In this document: positions 1-23,785 of the stretch, one piece after another
How positions within the stretch are numbered: the first letter of the stretch is position 1
How the letters are laid out: each line of letters begins with the position of its first letter
Assembly (NCBI GenBank): GCA_964016885.1
Contig: CAXHJY010001485.1
Location: forward strand, 1-64,000
DNA: 64,000 nt
Direction: 5' to 3'
Origin: Eledone cirrhosa
Taxonomy: Eukaryota
Translations under genes and position numbers: made by a program
The notes under the pieces: model-generated
Told to the model about the DNA's origin: nothing
Seen by the model: only the letters and a program-made list of their open reading frames with translations
Database searches by the model: none

Positions 1-10463
<10,463 letters not shown>

Positions 10464-10849
10464 AGATAGATAGGTAGGTAGGTAGGTAGATATGTGTGTG
10501 TGTGTATTTCTTTAATGACTAATTAAGGGGTCTACCTTTATCAAAGTTATCTAATTCAATGACATCAAAGTAACTAGTTTAAACCAGTTGTGACCAGTTT
10601 TACCTGTTAAATATATTACTAACCCTTTACAATGCTCTCAGCTCTCTACTGAAGAAAACTTACTAATAACCTATTAAATAGCTTTCTTAACATTCTCTTT
10701 CTCCTCGTCACCACCGCCGCCTTCGTCGCCCCCCCCCCCCCCGTCTTCACCCCCCCCCCCTGAAAGGTAGACGAGGGAAGTGTTTAAGTTAGTTAACTTC
10801 TTTTGTTCCACCTTCGATAGTTCTAACTATACCAACAACAAAAACCTGT

Positions 10850-11556
10850 ACACACCACCACACCACACCACACCACACTACACCACCACACCAGACCAGA
10901 CCACCACACATCACACCACACCACACCAGATCACCACACACCACACCACACCACTACACCACACTACACCACACCACACTACCACACCGCACTACACCAC
11001 CTAACCACACTACACCACCACACCACACCACACCACACTACACCACCACACCACATCACACCGCCACACCAGACTACACCACACCACTACACCACACCAC
11101 ACTACACCACCACACCACACTACACTACACCACCACATTACACCACCAAACCACACCACACCGCACCACACCACCACACCACAACACCACACTACACCAC
11201 CTAACCATACTACACCACCACATTACACCACTAAACCACACCACACCGCCACACCAGACCACACCACACCACCACACACCACCACACCACACTACACCAC
11301 CTAACCACACTACACCACCACACCACACCACACTACACCACCACATTACACCACCAAACCACACCACACCGCCACACCACACCACACCACCACACCACAC
11401 CACCACACCACACCACCACACTACACCACCTAACCACACTACACCACCACACCACACCACACTACACTACACCACCACATTACACCACACCGCCACACCA
11501 CACCATCAGACCACACGCACACACTCTCTCTCACACACACAAACACACACACACAC
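10850..11556. repeat. (CACCA)n-type degenerate pentanucleotide repeat ending in (CA)n
   Basis: Direct reading of CACCA/CACTA units. Confidence 0.95.
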
Positions 11557-12169
11557 TTGGTGTGATATTGTCAAAAACTATTCTGATATATATTCAATAA
11601 AGATGGTAGAAATTTAAGGGTGATTTGACTGCTATTTCTGGAAGATCAATCATCAGAGTATTAAATCAACAACGAGGCAACACTCACAAGAAGCAGTCAC
11701 AACAGTAATATATCAATAATAGTTTAGATCAATCAATAGTTCAGTGAACCTTGTCTGACTCGGAGGGGGAGGGGGGGGCAGTTCTTTGTACTCTAAAATG
11801 GTTAGAAATCTACATAACAGATAAATTGTAGTGCATGTACTAATAGATGTGTTTTGGTAGTTTGGGGAGGAAAATATAATTAGGGGGGGGGGTGATGCTT
11901 TCCCCAGTTCATCCACCACTCCCCCACCGCTCCACCCCACCCCAGACATATAAACAATAGTTTAGATCAAGCTGGGATTATGTCAACCCTGTCTCACTCC
12001 AGCACAATAAACAACATGTAAAGAACAGTAATACAGATATCAACATGTTACCACACACACACCACCATACACACACACACACATTGCATGTTACCTCCAT
12101 ACACACACACACACCACCACCACCACCAAACACATACGTCACCACCATTACTCCCCGCCACACATCTAT

Positions 12170-12395
12170 ACACCACCACCACAATTACCACTCACACCAC
12201 CACCACAATTACCACTCCCCACACTGACGCCACCACAAACACCCACCACCACCACCACAATTACCACTCCCCACACTGAGGCCACCATCAACACCCACCA
12301 CCACAATTACCACTCCCCACACTGAGGCCACCATCAACACCCACCACCACCACCACAATTACCACTCCCCACACTGAGGCCACCATCAACACCGC
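12170..12395. repeat. ~45-bp CAC-rich minisatellite
   Basis: Repeated CACCACAATTACCACTCCCCACACTGAGGCCACCATCAA units. Confidence 0.85.
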
Positions 12396-12639
12396 CACTC
12401 TAAACTCCATCACACACATTACACAACGCATCACTACACAAACACACACACTCACTATCTAGTGTGTTCCCCCGCCACTACATCAGGCCTCCAAGTAGAC
12501 TGTTAATTAGAATATAATGATATTTGGGATGGAGAAAGTTGGAGGGAGGGGTAAGTGTTGTCCTCGTTCCGTCGTAGTGTGACGGGGTCATTGTTCTCTT
12601 ACAGACATTAACCTCCTGCTACTTATAACTGCTCTTATT

Positions 12640-12812
12640 GCCGCATCTAGTTACGGCAATTTAGGTTCTCAGTTCAAATCCTGCCGAGGTCAACTTGGTA
12701 TTTCATCCTTCCGAGGTCGATAAAATAAAATAGCAGTAAAAATCCTGGGTCGATATAATCGACCCCACCCCATAAATTTCTGGCCTTGTACCTAAATTAG
12801 AAATTATTATTG
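12640..12812 (+). mobile_element. tRNA-type SINE (octopus-like family)
   Basis: GTTCAAATCC box-B-like motif, then GAGGTCAACTT..TTTCATCCTT..GGTCGATAAAATAA core and GGCCTTGT..AGAAATTATTATT tail. The same core recurs many times in the window. Confidence 0.75.
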
Positions 12813-12949
12813 TTACCAGTTAACCAGAGGTCAACTATGATCAAAGCGGTCAGAGGTCAGTTATTATCAAAGACAGTTATAATCATCTCTTGTTTAGTAG
12901 AACTACATTATTTAATGTAGCCTTTCCTTATGTAAGACGATATTAATGC

Positions 12950-13255
12950 TTTCTTTTACTAGTTTCAGTTATTAAACTGCGGACTTGCTGGGGCACGACC
13001 TTCAAAGAATTTAGTCAATTAGTACTATATTTGCTATTTAATTTATCGACCTCTTTTTGTTGAACCGTTATGTTGAACGGGGCGGGACATAAACAAAAAG
13101 TAAACGTAAACACACACACACATCGGGACTCCGCACAATTTCCGCCTACCAAATTTTATTCACAAGGCATTGAACACCATCCGGAGTCATCGTAAAAGTG
13201 TGTGCCTAAGGTGTCATACGTGGTTATGAAAGGAACTTAATCATACAGCTACGCC
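12950..13255 (-). mobile_element. SINE with a LINE-derived 3' tail
   Basis: Reverse strand ends AAGGTCGTGCCCCAGCAAGTCCGCAG..CTGAAACTAGTAAAAGAA, resembling the LINE 3' end at 62976-63040. Confidence 0.6.
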
Positions 13256-13619
13256 TGCACCAACTTCTTAATGTGTGATCTGGGCGAGATTTGGAAGTTA
13301 TTTCTAACAGGACAACGAGACTATAAAAAGTGCGTAGGATGGTGGGGATAATGGGGACGTATTTCTTGTTGTTGTTCTGATGGTAATTGTGGTGATATTG
13401 TTGTTGTTGGTAGTTGTAGTGTTGAGGACCAGGACACGAGATACGGCTTCAGTTGGCCTGGTTGACAAGCTGAGGACCAGGACACGGAATACGGTTTCAG
13501 TTGGCCTGGTTGACAAGCTAGGTTTACTCGTTCGTCTGAGTTGAGTGGCTACCATAAGGAAATACTCTAGGAAACCAATTGTGTAATTAAACAATTATTT
13601 TTATTATATGATAATATGA

Positions 13620-14700
13620 GGAAATGAGAAATGCGACGGTCTGTCTTGAAACAACGTCACCAATTCTCAACAAAACCATGAAACCGTTGAGTTGTTTGTG
13701 AATCTTTATATAGTCTAGTTTAAGCGGAACAAACAAGTGACATTACAAATAACTAACACGAAAATATTCCACTAACGAACAATGAAAATAATCTACATTC
13801 GAGGTTTGGATAAAGAGTTCCGTTCTCGAGAACGTTATCGAATACAATTGGCATTTGAAGGAGGTCAGATTATAAACCCGTAAAAGACGATACTGCACAT
13901 TCTCTAGAAGTATATTTACTTTGAGAGGAAGGGATGCTGGAAAGTTACCTTGATCAACAGTCAAAGCTAAAAACTTGGAGAAAGAAGCTGGCATGGGTTG
14001 GTTCTGTAAACATTAGCCCCTTGTAAAATAGAACCAAACAACAAGCAGTAACGTCAAACATTGTTCCAAAGAGAAAATCATATCCCACCCCCCATCTCTA
14101 TTAAAATAGGAATATTCCAAGGAACTTTCTTTTATGCGAAACTAGATTGATTACGGATACAAATGTTCTGGGATAAGAATCCGTCATATATTGTGCATTG
14201 AAGTCCTTAAGTATGCTGCAGATGACAAGCCACTTACCAGTTGTCATTTGTTGCAGTCAGTGCATGTATTAAGTCGAAGAATTGACATGAAATTGAGGTT
14301 ATAAACTGCAGCAAACGAACCGTGAGATAGGAAAATATTTCTATAGTCATGCAAAAAAATAGATAAAATAATTAGAGCAAACACAGATTTACAAATGATT
14401 GAGAATTAACGAACTACATATAGATCTACTACAATAGACAGATCAGGAAGGAATATTACAGATGAATTAGATTAATATTTAAAATAGAGCTATATATAAG
14501 AGGAGGAGAAAGAAAATGGTCAAGGTAATAGAAAGATTACAAGTGTTCCAACAGCAGTTTCTACTATTTATGTAGTTAGAATTATCCCAACTGGATGGTA
14601 AATGACTATCTACAACTAAAAGAACAAAAAATAAAAATAGTGACTATATTCCGATGAAAACCCCCATATAGAATGATGGCATTTCACCGGAAAAAAGTGA
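13620..14700 (+). pseudogene. Highly degraded R4/Dong-like reverse transcriptase relic
   Basis: 14101+ reads IKIGIFQG, followed by GYKCSGIRIRHILCIEVLKYAADD (cf. R4 IxRGIFQGD..GY..ISHLLYMDDLKLYA). Many stops and frameshifts; boundaries approximate. Confidence 0.5.
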
Positions 14701-14987
14701 CGTGAGGTAGAATGGTTTATACATTGGTTGATCTCTGTGACTAGGTTGTCACCATCTTGTCTGTGTAGTCAAGGGTGGAGTGTTTGCTCCTCCTCCAGGT
14801 TTGGCTTTGAATGTTGGGGTAGTAACGCAAAGTAGGGGTAGTAACAATATTGTTAAATATTTATTCCAGAGAGAAAACAATTTCTCAAACATTTCCACAC
14901 AATTTTCAGTTATTACAGGAATCTATCAAAGATAGTTCCTGTCTTTCTAAAACGTCTCCCAAGACCAGTCTTTCACTTCCCAACATT

Positions 14988-15026
<39 letters not shown>

Positions 15027-15116
15027 CATACATATTTTTGTTCATAGCTTCGTACTTACATGCACACACACTCTTTTACTCACATATACACACAATCTAT
15101 TTTATTTCTCATTCTT

Positions 15117-15152
15117 TCTTCTGATGAAGGACTAGCGTCCGAAACGTTAAGA
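15117..15152 (+). ncRNA. Minimal type I hammerhead ribozyme candidate (PLE-type)
   Basis: TCTT-CTGATGA-A-GGAC-tagc-GTCC-GAAA-CGTT-AAGA: intact core boxes, 4-bp stem II, palindromic AACGTT in place of stem III, stem I TCTT/AAGA. Confidence 0.7.
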
Positions 15153-15564
15153 CCCTCTTCCTGCTATATCAAGCGTTAACCTAATATATCCCTTCCATAT
15201 ACTGTACCGATTGTGTTGTTATTTCTGTTAACCTTTTACACACACATATATATATACTGCCTAAACAAAGGCTGGGATGGTCACGGCTAGAACAACTTTG
15301 CTTTCAGATTTCACAGCTGACCTCGGGATAAACAGCACAATAATAATAATAATACCATTAAAAATAAAAGAAATGTTTGTACTGACTTATCTTTGAAGAA
15401 GTAGCCATTGGTTTCAGAATCCTGAGAAAACATATTAAAGTTGAACATTTCTAGCAATGGAGTACACAGTGTGATGATTCTTCCTCTGCCAGTCCCTTAT
15501 CAATAACTGTGGAGCTAGCTTCTTCTTCTTTATATGTACTTAATGTGTGGATATGTTGGTGGGG

Positions 15565-15825
15565 GTGTTCATTAGTGTATATGTTGGTGTGGTGTGGTGA
15601 GTGATGTTGTGGTGTGTGTTGGTGTGGTGTGTGTTGGTGTGGTGTGTGTTAGTGTGGTGTTTGTTGGTGTGGTGTGGTGAGTGATGTTGTGGTGTGTGTT
15701 ATTGTGTGTGTTCGTGTGGTGTGTGTTAGTGTGGTGTTTGTTGGTGTGGTGTGTGTTGGTGTGGTGTGTGTTGGTGTGGTGTGGTGTGGTGAGTGATGTT
15801 GTGGTGTTTGTTGGTGTGGTGTTTG
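15565..15825. repeat. GTGGT/GTTG-rich degenerate repeat
   Basis: Direct reading. Confidence 0.85.
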
Positions 15826-15885
15826 TAGCTGCTTATTGGGTTTCGAATAGGAAAGAAAGCAAAGGGGGAAATATATACAGACATT

Positions 15886-15919
<34 letters not shown>

Positions 15920-16276
15920 CAAACATATTGTGAGTGTAGGGAGGGGAGTGACGATGGGTGGAGGGCATTCTTAAGGAACAAATGGAAACGTGTGTAGGGG
16001 GAGAGGTTGAGGGTAAAGATTAAAGTTCAGTGTATGAATGGTGGTGGTGGTGGTGGTGGTGGTGGTGGTGGTGGTTTGATGATAAAGATGATGTTGGCGG
16101 TGGTGATGATGGTGTTGATAGTAATGATGGTAGTGGTGGTGACGATAATGATTCACTGAAATTTTTATAACATGGGCCTGTGTGGGTTACCATGGGACAG
16201 TGTTGATGGACAGTGAAAATGTTTGACTCTGGGTTAGTGTGAACATGTTACACCATGGGTCATTGGGAGGGGACAA

Positions 16277-16387
16277 ATTAGACCAGGGGTCAATGTAAGT
16301 ACATATATTAGACCAGGGGTCAATGTAAGTAGATATATTAGACCAGGGGTCAGTGTAAGTAGATATATTAGACCAGGGGTCAGTGTA
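16277..16387. repeat. 30-bp tandem repeat, ~3.7 copies
   Basis: ATTAGACCAGGGGTCAATGTAAGTAGATAT units. Confidence 0.9.
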
Positions 16388-17569
16388 ATTTCGTCAATTC
16401 TGTGCAATCGGAATAAATACCAGTAATATAGGACCTAGAAAATACAACACTAGGTTTTCATCCGTTTTTTAGGCCAGTCGTGGCTAGGGTCATTGTTTAG
16501 TTCTAGGTCAGACCTTATCCAGCAGATATCAGACCTTATCCTGCTATATATTCTGTCATGTTATGGTTGTTTAGACCCAGTCAGGTCAGACTCCGTTGAC
16601 CTATGGTTAAAAGCATTTTAAATGTGACCCCCTCCCCCAGCATTAGGAAAGGTGGCTTTTATAAGAATTTAAACAATAAAAACTCTTTCAGTTTCTAACA
16701 CGTCTCTAAGGTGAGAGGAGGGCCTCTTTAAGTTATTCTCCAGTGGTAACATGGTACATTGGAAGGAGGACCTACATAACAACTTATTCTCCTGTGGTAA
16801 CATAGTACATTCGGCGACAGATCCAGGTTTCGTTGCCCGACATTGTGTATATGTGTATTCTAATGTTTGATGTACGAGGAGCCTCCCCCCCCCCCCCAAC
16901 CTGAAGTGACCCGGGCCCCACAAGGTCTAAACCTAACCCTAGTTGTAGTTGTGGTAGAGAAGACAGAGAGGGCACAGCAGTAAGATAGTAGATGTAGTAT
17001 CTGTGGGTGGGGCTTGCTCTATCTGGATGTCGTGTGTGTGTGTAGCTTCAAGATTTACTTGATGCATATCGACCTAAGTACTTCTTTTTCACGCTTGGTA
17101 CTTATTTTATCGATGACATTTTGTCGGACCGCTAGATTACACACACACACACGCACGCGCACACATGATTTATTCTTTATCACTAATATAAAAATTAATA
17201 ATCATATATAATTATTTCAAATTGTTTTTACCCAAAATTGTTTTAAAGAAGGGCCTCAAATTTGAGTAGGTAAAAGTTGGGCCCTGGTAGTTGGGCCCTG
17301 GTAGCTTCGACAAACTGACGACATTTGCTCACCATCCAGGAATCATTGCAGATACTACATCACGTATCATCAGCCACGACATTCCAAGCCCTCTGCGCAG
17401 ACGGCATTAGAATAAGATGGAGCTTTTGACGACTGGAACACGTCCCTTCCACTAAAAGTAAAAGAGCATTTGCTCCAATCTGTTAAAAACTGAGACAATC
17501 ACGATGGTCGGGCGATAATTCAGGCAAGGAATGTGTTTTGTATTTTTACTCGACCTGTCAGACATAGCT

Positions 17570-18010
17570 TCTGCTCAGCAATTCTGGAGTGAGACTGACC
17601 ATAAACCTGTTCTTATTGACATGGTGGTCTTGTCATAATCAAATCACAAGTATCTTGACAGGACCTTCGGTCTAACAGGGACTTGCCTCTCAAGATGCCA
17701 AACTCCAAGTCCACTGACATGTTCTACTTTTGTGGGCTTTCTCAGCTAAAGAAGGGCGACGGAGTGGTCTTCACGATGGAGTCAGTTGATAGCCGAATCA
17801 GTCACGTGACAGCAGGTGCTCCACATAAACCCAAAATCAGCAATACTCCGATATTGGACGGTTTCCTCCTCGTGCGCACATCTCAAACAGATTCGGTTGA
17901 GGGCACCTCCACACCTACAGAGTTCATCTCAAACTGGCAATGTTCCCCGGTGGCACTACCAGGGATTTCTGGAGGTTATCCATGGACCTTGGAACAAACG
18001 TCCTCCGGTC
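17570..18010 (-). pseudogene. Degraded PIF/Harbinger (HARBI1-like DDE) transposase C-terminal fragment
   Basis: Across frameshifts the reverse strand gives IPGSA..GYQLTP..KAHKSR..VDLEFGILRGK..LQNC, in the order of the Harbinger motifs PGS.HD, GDSGY, H..TR..VE.AFG.LK.RF and LHN. Confidence 0.5.
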
Positions 18011-18089
18011 AAGAGTAGCTAGTTGATTTTCGTCGACGTCCAGAGTCTCCCCAACAACGTCCTCGCTTTACCCTCCACCAAATCTCTAT

Positions 18090-18450
18090 AATAATAATAA
18101 TAATAATTGTTTCTACTTTAGGCACAAGGCCAGGAAATACCCAGTACTTTATTTTATCGACCCCGTAAGGATGAAAGGTAAATTTAACCTCGGCGGGATT
18201 TGAACTCAGATCGTAAAGGGACGTAACTATGCTGGAAAGCATGGCGTCCGACCCTCTACCGATACTGCCAACCCACCGCCCTTTAATAATAAAAATCTTC
18301 TGACTTAGGCACAAGGGGAGGGGAAAATCGATTGGGGGGAGAAGAAAGTCGATTAGATCGACTCCAGTGCGTGACTGGTACTTTATTTTATCGACCACAT
18401 AAGGATGACAGGCAAAGTTAACCTCTCAGGATTTGAACTTAGATCGTAAA
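18090..18450 (-). mobile_element. Two adjacent tRNA-type SINE copies
   Basis: Two repeats of GTACTTTATTTTATCGACC..AGGATGA..AAAGTTAACCTC..GGATTTGAACT (reverse SINE core) with an (ATA)n tail. Confidence 0.8.
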
Positions 18451-18764
18451 GTAATAATAGAAAGAAGAAGGTATTAATATATTTCAAGGGCTAAAAGTAG
18501 GACATGAAATAAAGCCTGTGCATGACTGGTGGTGGCCTTAATGAACAGCCCACCTGGTTAGGACTAAGATAAAGGTCGCTGCTTCTATTTCATCCAGTCT
18601 CTTAACACAATAGCATTCCACCCCCGCCACCTCACACAGGTTCCTCTTCACCCCCTCTCCCCTCCTTCTCATCCTCTTCCTACTCCTCCCTCTTTCAAGA
18701 CAATACATGAGCAGAGATTTCACTTTGCCCCTTGAACGGTTGTTTTTTGTTGCTATTGGTGACG

Positions 18765-19555
18765 ATGGTGATGGTGGTGGTGGAGAGGTATAGATGGTGG
18801 TGGTGGTGGTGTTGATAGTTGTGATGGTGTGGTGGTAGTGGTGGTGTGGTGGTGATAATGCTGGTAGTGGTGGTGGTAGTGGTGGTATAGTGGTGGTGGT
18901 GGTGGTGGTATGGTGGTGGTGGTAGTGGTAGTTGTGGTGGTAGTAGTGGTGGTATGGTGGTGGTATGGTGGTGGTAGTATGGTGGTGGTAGTGGTGGTGG
19001 TTGTGGTGGTAGTAGTGGTGGTGGTAGTGGTGGTGGTTGTGGTGGTAGTAGTGGTGGTATGGTGGTAGTAGTGGTGGTATGGTGGTGGTAGTGGTAGTGG
19101 TGGTAGTGGTGGTGGTTGTGGTGGTAGTAGTGGTGGTATGGTGGTAGTAGTGGTGGTATGGTGGTGGTAGTGGTAGTGGTGGTAGTAGTGGTAGTGGTGG
19201 TGTGGTGGTAGTGGTAGTGGTTGTGGTGGTAATAGTGCTGGTATGGTGGTGGTAGTGGTGGTATGGTGGTCGTATGTTGGTGGTATGGTGGTGGTGGTAT
19301 GGTGGTGGTGGTGGTATGGTAGTGGTGGTGTGGTGGTGGTGGTGGTAGTGGTGTGGTATGGTGGTGGTATGGTAGTGGTGGTGTGGTGGTAGTGGCGGTA
19401 TGGTGGTAGTGGTATGGTGGTGGTGGTGGTATGGTAGTGGTGGTGGTGTGGTGGTGGTGGTGGTAGTGGTGGTATGGTGGTGGTATGGTGGTAGTAGTGG
19501 TGGTGGTAGTGGTGGTGGTAGTAGTGGTGAGGTGGTGGTGGCGGTAGTGGTATGT
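18765..19555. repeat. (GGT/AGT)n degenerate trinucleotide repeat
   Basis: Direct reading. Confidence 0.95.
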
Positions 19556-19569
19556 GCTGGTTGTGTGTA

Positions 19570-19880
19570 GATGGTGAAATGGTTAAGAGGTTCTCTTCTA
19601 AATGGTAATGTGCAGGGTTCGATCCCTCTATTGTCTAGAGTGACATGACGTCGAGTTAAATTGGTAGACAGAAACTGTCTGGAAGCCCGTCAGGCGGATT
19701 GTATCTGTAATTCAAACGGCCAACCTTGGCACACTTCGTGTCAAACTGAATCTCCCTGAGAATGTTAAGAGTACACGTGGCTGTGGAATGCTCAGCCACC
19801 TACACGTTAATTTCATGAAAAACTGTTCTATTGTTCGAATAACTAGAACACTCATCGTAGGAACAGACGGAGGTCCAATA
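19570..19880 (+). mobile_element. tRNA-headed SINE
   Basis: Box A-like TGGTGAAATGGTTAAG, box B GGTTCGATCCC, and TTGGTAGACAGAAACTG..GAAGCCCGTC body. Confidence 0.6.
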
Positions 19881-20162
19881 CAAATGTATGTATGTGTGTG
19901 TATATATATATATATAAGTGTGTGTGTATGTAAATATGTATATATATATGTGTGTGTGTGTATGCATGTATATATGTATGTATATATATATATATATATG
20001 TAAGTATATATGTATGTATGTCATATTCCCCCACCGACACACACAATGCCCCCCCCCCCCCCCACATTCATAAGCACGGGCCAGTCTGGAGTCTACTTTT
20101 GACCTTTACACAAGAACCAATAAATTTGGTGTTAGTGGTGGTAGGAGTTGTTATAGTAACAT

Positions 20163-20198
<36 letters not shown>

Positions 20199-20554
20199 AG
20201 GGTGAGGGTGGGGTGGTGTGATGGCGGTGTGTGATGTTAGTGTTGGTGGGGTGATGGTGGTGGTGGTGGTGTAGTGTGGACTTCTCCTGCCCTATCACCT
20301 GAAACTGAAGCCCTGTAGTAATAAGAGAGAACCCTGTGGTGACTTAGAATGGCTGACATCCACGTCACAATCAGGTGACATGGAGGATTGGAGGTGACAT
20401 ATGGTTTAAAAACGAGAATACGGGACTCACACGCATACATATACATACATACACACATTCAATGAAGCATACATACACACACACAAAAATGCATGTATAC
20501 ATGCACACATAGATAGGTACGTATTTACATACATATATGCATAATTAATAAATA

Positions 20555-20602
<48 letters not shown>

Positions 20603-20603
<1 letters not shown>

Positions 20604-20780
20604 GAAGGCTGCAACTTGATTTCGAGTAATGCCATCGCTTGATACTTAAGCATGAACATCACAGACCTGGCTTTTTAGTCCTGCTAGGGACTTGCTTATG
20701 GCCAGCAATACCATGCATCGCACAAAATGTCAGATATCAAGCGATGCCTGCGCTTTTTTAAGAGAAGAAAGGCCTTGTAT
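20603..20780 (-). mobile_element. 3' end of an RTE-like LINE (same family as 55128-55414)
   Basis: Reverse strand encodes SKSLAGLKSQVCDVHA*, then a TACTCGAAATCAAGTTGCAGCC terminal hairpin abutting (TA)n. Confidence 0.5.
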
Positions 20781-21084
20781 GGGGCCAATCCCACTCTCTG
20801 AACATCAAATGCCCCAAAAGAAGGATTGGACTACATCATTTTTTAAATATTTTTAGGCGAAAAACTCTTCGTCTTCATTAAGAAATCTCTCTAGGAGAAG
20901 GTCACTCTGATATAAAACCTGCCACTTTGTTTGCAACCAATGATTTACACATACATACACACATACATACATACATACATACTAACATACATACATACAT
21001 ACATACATACATACATACATACATACATACATACATACATACATACATACATACATACATACACACATACATACATACATACAT

Positions 21085-22880
21085 ACATAACTTCTTTGTG
21101 GACGATCTGAAATTCTATGCCAAGAACATGGATGGGATGAAGAAAAATCTTGACCTGGTTACAACGTGCTCAAAGGATATAGGAATGGAGTTTGGCCAAG
21201 ATAAATGCTCATACATGACTGTAAAGCGGGGAAAAACAACAACCCAATCTAGCAACATTGTCATCAATGGTCTAACTGTTTCACCGATATTTGATGAGGA
21301 CTGCTACATATACCTGGGGATAGATGAGAACATATCCTATAATGGTATCTGTAATAAAGAACGCGTAACCAGGGAATACTACACCCGATTAAGAAAGATC
21401 TGGTCATCGGAACTCTCTGCGCAAAACAAAACAGTGGCTCACAATGTGTTTGCTGTGCCTGTCCTAACACCAACGTTTGGAATACTCAATTGGACGATAG
21501 ACGAAATCCGAGCAGTTGATGTTGGAACTCGAAAAATACTGAACAACACCGGAAACTTCCACATCAACAGTGACATAAACCGCCTTTACTTGAAACATAA
21601 GCAGGGAGGCAGAGGCCTAACACCAGTCCAGACAGCATTTGAATGTCACATCATATCCCTCCGACAACATCTACGAACTTCGAAGCGTAGGAGCCTGTCA
21701 CTCGAGCAAGTCTATCTGCATGAAACAGATAAGATCATGAGAGTTGGGAAGGAACTCCTTGAGAGATATTCCCTGTGTGATAATCAAAAACTCACACCCA
21801 GGGATGTCGCTCAGCAGTATCGCAGTGAATCCATGGATGAAAAACTGCATGCCTATCAGCAAAATATCATGCATGGATATGTTGCCAGGAAGCTCCAGAG
21901 TGAGAGTAATATAGATAAGGAAAGTAGTCTATCTTGGACCAACAACCGCTATATTGGCTCCCACTTTGAAGGATACGCTTTTGCAATCCAAGAACAGGAG
22001 ATTAGCACGAAATACCTGATTCACAAAAGAGATAGGGATGCAGGAAAAACACCTAGATGTGATAACAAGTGCAGACTCTGCAGAACTAACATCGAGGATA
22101 TCACCCATGTCATCAGCAGCTGTCCAAAGATGTCATCGCGGTACTATCTACCTATAAGGCATGATGTAGTGGCCAAAACACTGTACAATGCAGTTCGTAA
22201 AAAAGATAGCCCGATAATAAACACATTAAAAGCTACAACAATGTGGAAGACATCCATGTACATAATATGAAAGAGTACTGGTGGAATATTCCAGTAAAAA
22301 CCCCCAATAAAATGCAGGCATAACAGACCAGATATTATGATATGGGACAGGGAGAAGAAAACATGCACAGTAGTGGAAATTAGCTGCCCAGCAGATGCCA
22401 ATATAATATCAAAGATTAGTGAAAAGGAGAATATTTATGCAGAACTGATGAGAAATCTGCAGATACTCCACCCTGATTACACCTTCAGATTTGTGCCTGT
22501 GATTATTGGGGCACTGAGATATGTTAGTAACTGCCTCAATACAAATATTGAGAAGCTAGGCTTCACAGGAACAGAAAGAACACAACTAGTTAGGAATCTA
22601 CAAGTACAATCCATTAATGGAACAGTAAAAATATGTAAAACATTCCAAAAATGTTGCATCTAATAACTGCATATACACATGTACAGATACAAAGCATATA
22701 CACATACAACTCAAAACATCCACATCCACACATACAATAACATCCATATCTACACATGCATGCAGACATACATATCTACCTAGTTGATGTTGTGTAAATT
22801 CCAACGAGAGAGTCTTGTGTCTATGTTAGAAACCGACTCTCTCTCTATTGGTAAAACTTTGTGAAATTATAAAACCAGAA
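21085..22880 (+). mobile_element. 5'-truncated R4/Dong-clade non-LTR retrotransposon (RT C-terminus, CCHC, RLE endonuclease) inserted in (CATA)n
   Basis: HNFFVDDLKFYA..DIGMEFGQDKC, YLG, RLYLKHKQGGRGL, AIQEQEI, CRLC..HVISSC, RHD, then RPDIMIWD..VVEISCP..K (PD-(D/E)xK-type nuclease). Two frameshifts near 22235 and 22305; ~215-bp 3'UTR; (CATA)n on both sides. Confidence 0.9.
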
Positions 22881-23447
22881 CATACATACACACATACGTA
22901 CATACATACATACATACACACATACACTCATACATACACACATACATACACACATACATACACACATACATTCATACATACACACATACATATATACATA
23001 CATACAGACAGACATACATACACACATACATACGTATTAATTCATATATATATATACACACCATACATACACACTCACACATACACACATACATAAATAC
23101 ATACACACATACACACCATATCTACAATAGATATACTGACTAACTAATGTAATTAAAACAACAACAATAACTACAACTATAAGAACAGAAATATAGAAAG
23201 AAGATACTAAAGAGAGTGAGAGTGTGAGAGAGTGTGTGAGAGAGAGAGGGTGTGTGTGTGAGAGAGAGAGAGTATGTGAGAGAGAGAGAGAGAATGTGTG
23301 TGTGAGAGAGAGTGAGAGTGTGTGTGAGAGAGAGAGAGTGTGTGTGTGTGAGAGATGCCAAGTTTTTAATATCGTTCCATTTCCTTCTTTCCAAACAATT
23401 CAATATTAAGCAAATGTTTCAATTGTCTGCAGAAGAGAATATTGGAG

Positions 23448-23571
23448 TAAGACGAGGTGGAGATATAAACATATTTGAGGAACAAAGAACAGATTATGGC
23501 GGAAGTGCCAAGTCTTGGATATCTTCTTTACCTCCCGTACTATACAGAAAACTACCTCACACACACACATG

Positions 23572-23608
<37 letters not shown>

Positions 23609-23622
23609 ACATGTATATATGT

Positions 23623-23682
<60 letters not shown>

Positions 23683-23706
23683 ACATATATATATATATGT
23701 ATATAT

Positions 23707-23785
<79 letters not shown>

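Noticed and set aside
20927-21084. HTYI-repeat N-terminus of the 447-aa ORF, and the IY N-terminus of the 649-aa ORF at 50785
   Set aside because: Flanking microsatellite read in frame with 5'-truncated retroelements, not genuine protein sequence.
22780-22850. Hammerhead in the R4 element 3'UTR
   Set aside because: A stem and GAAA are present, but no correctly placed CTGANGA box.
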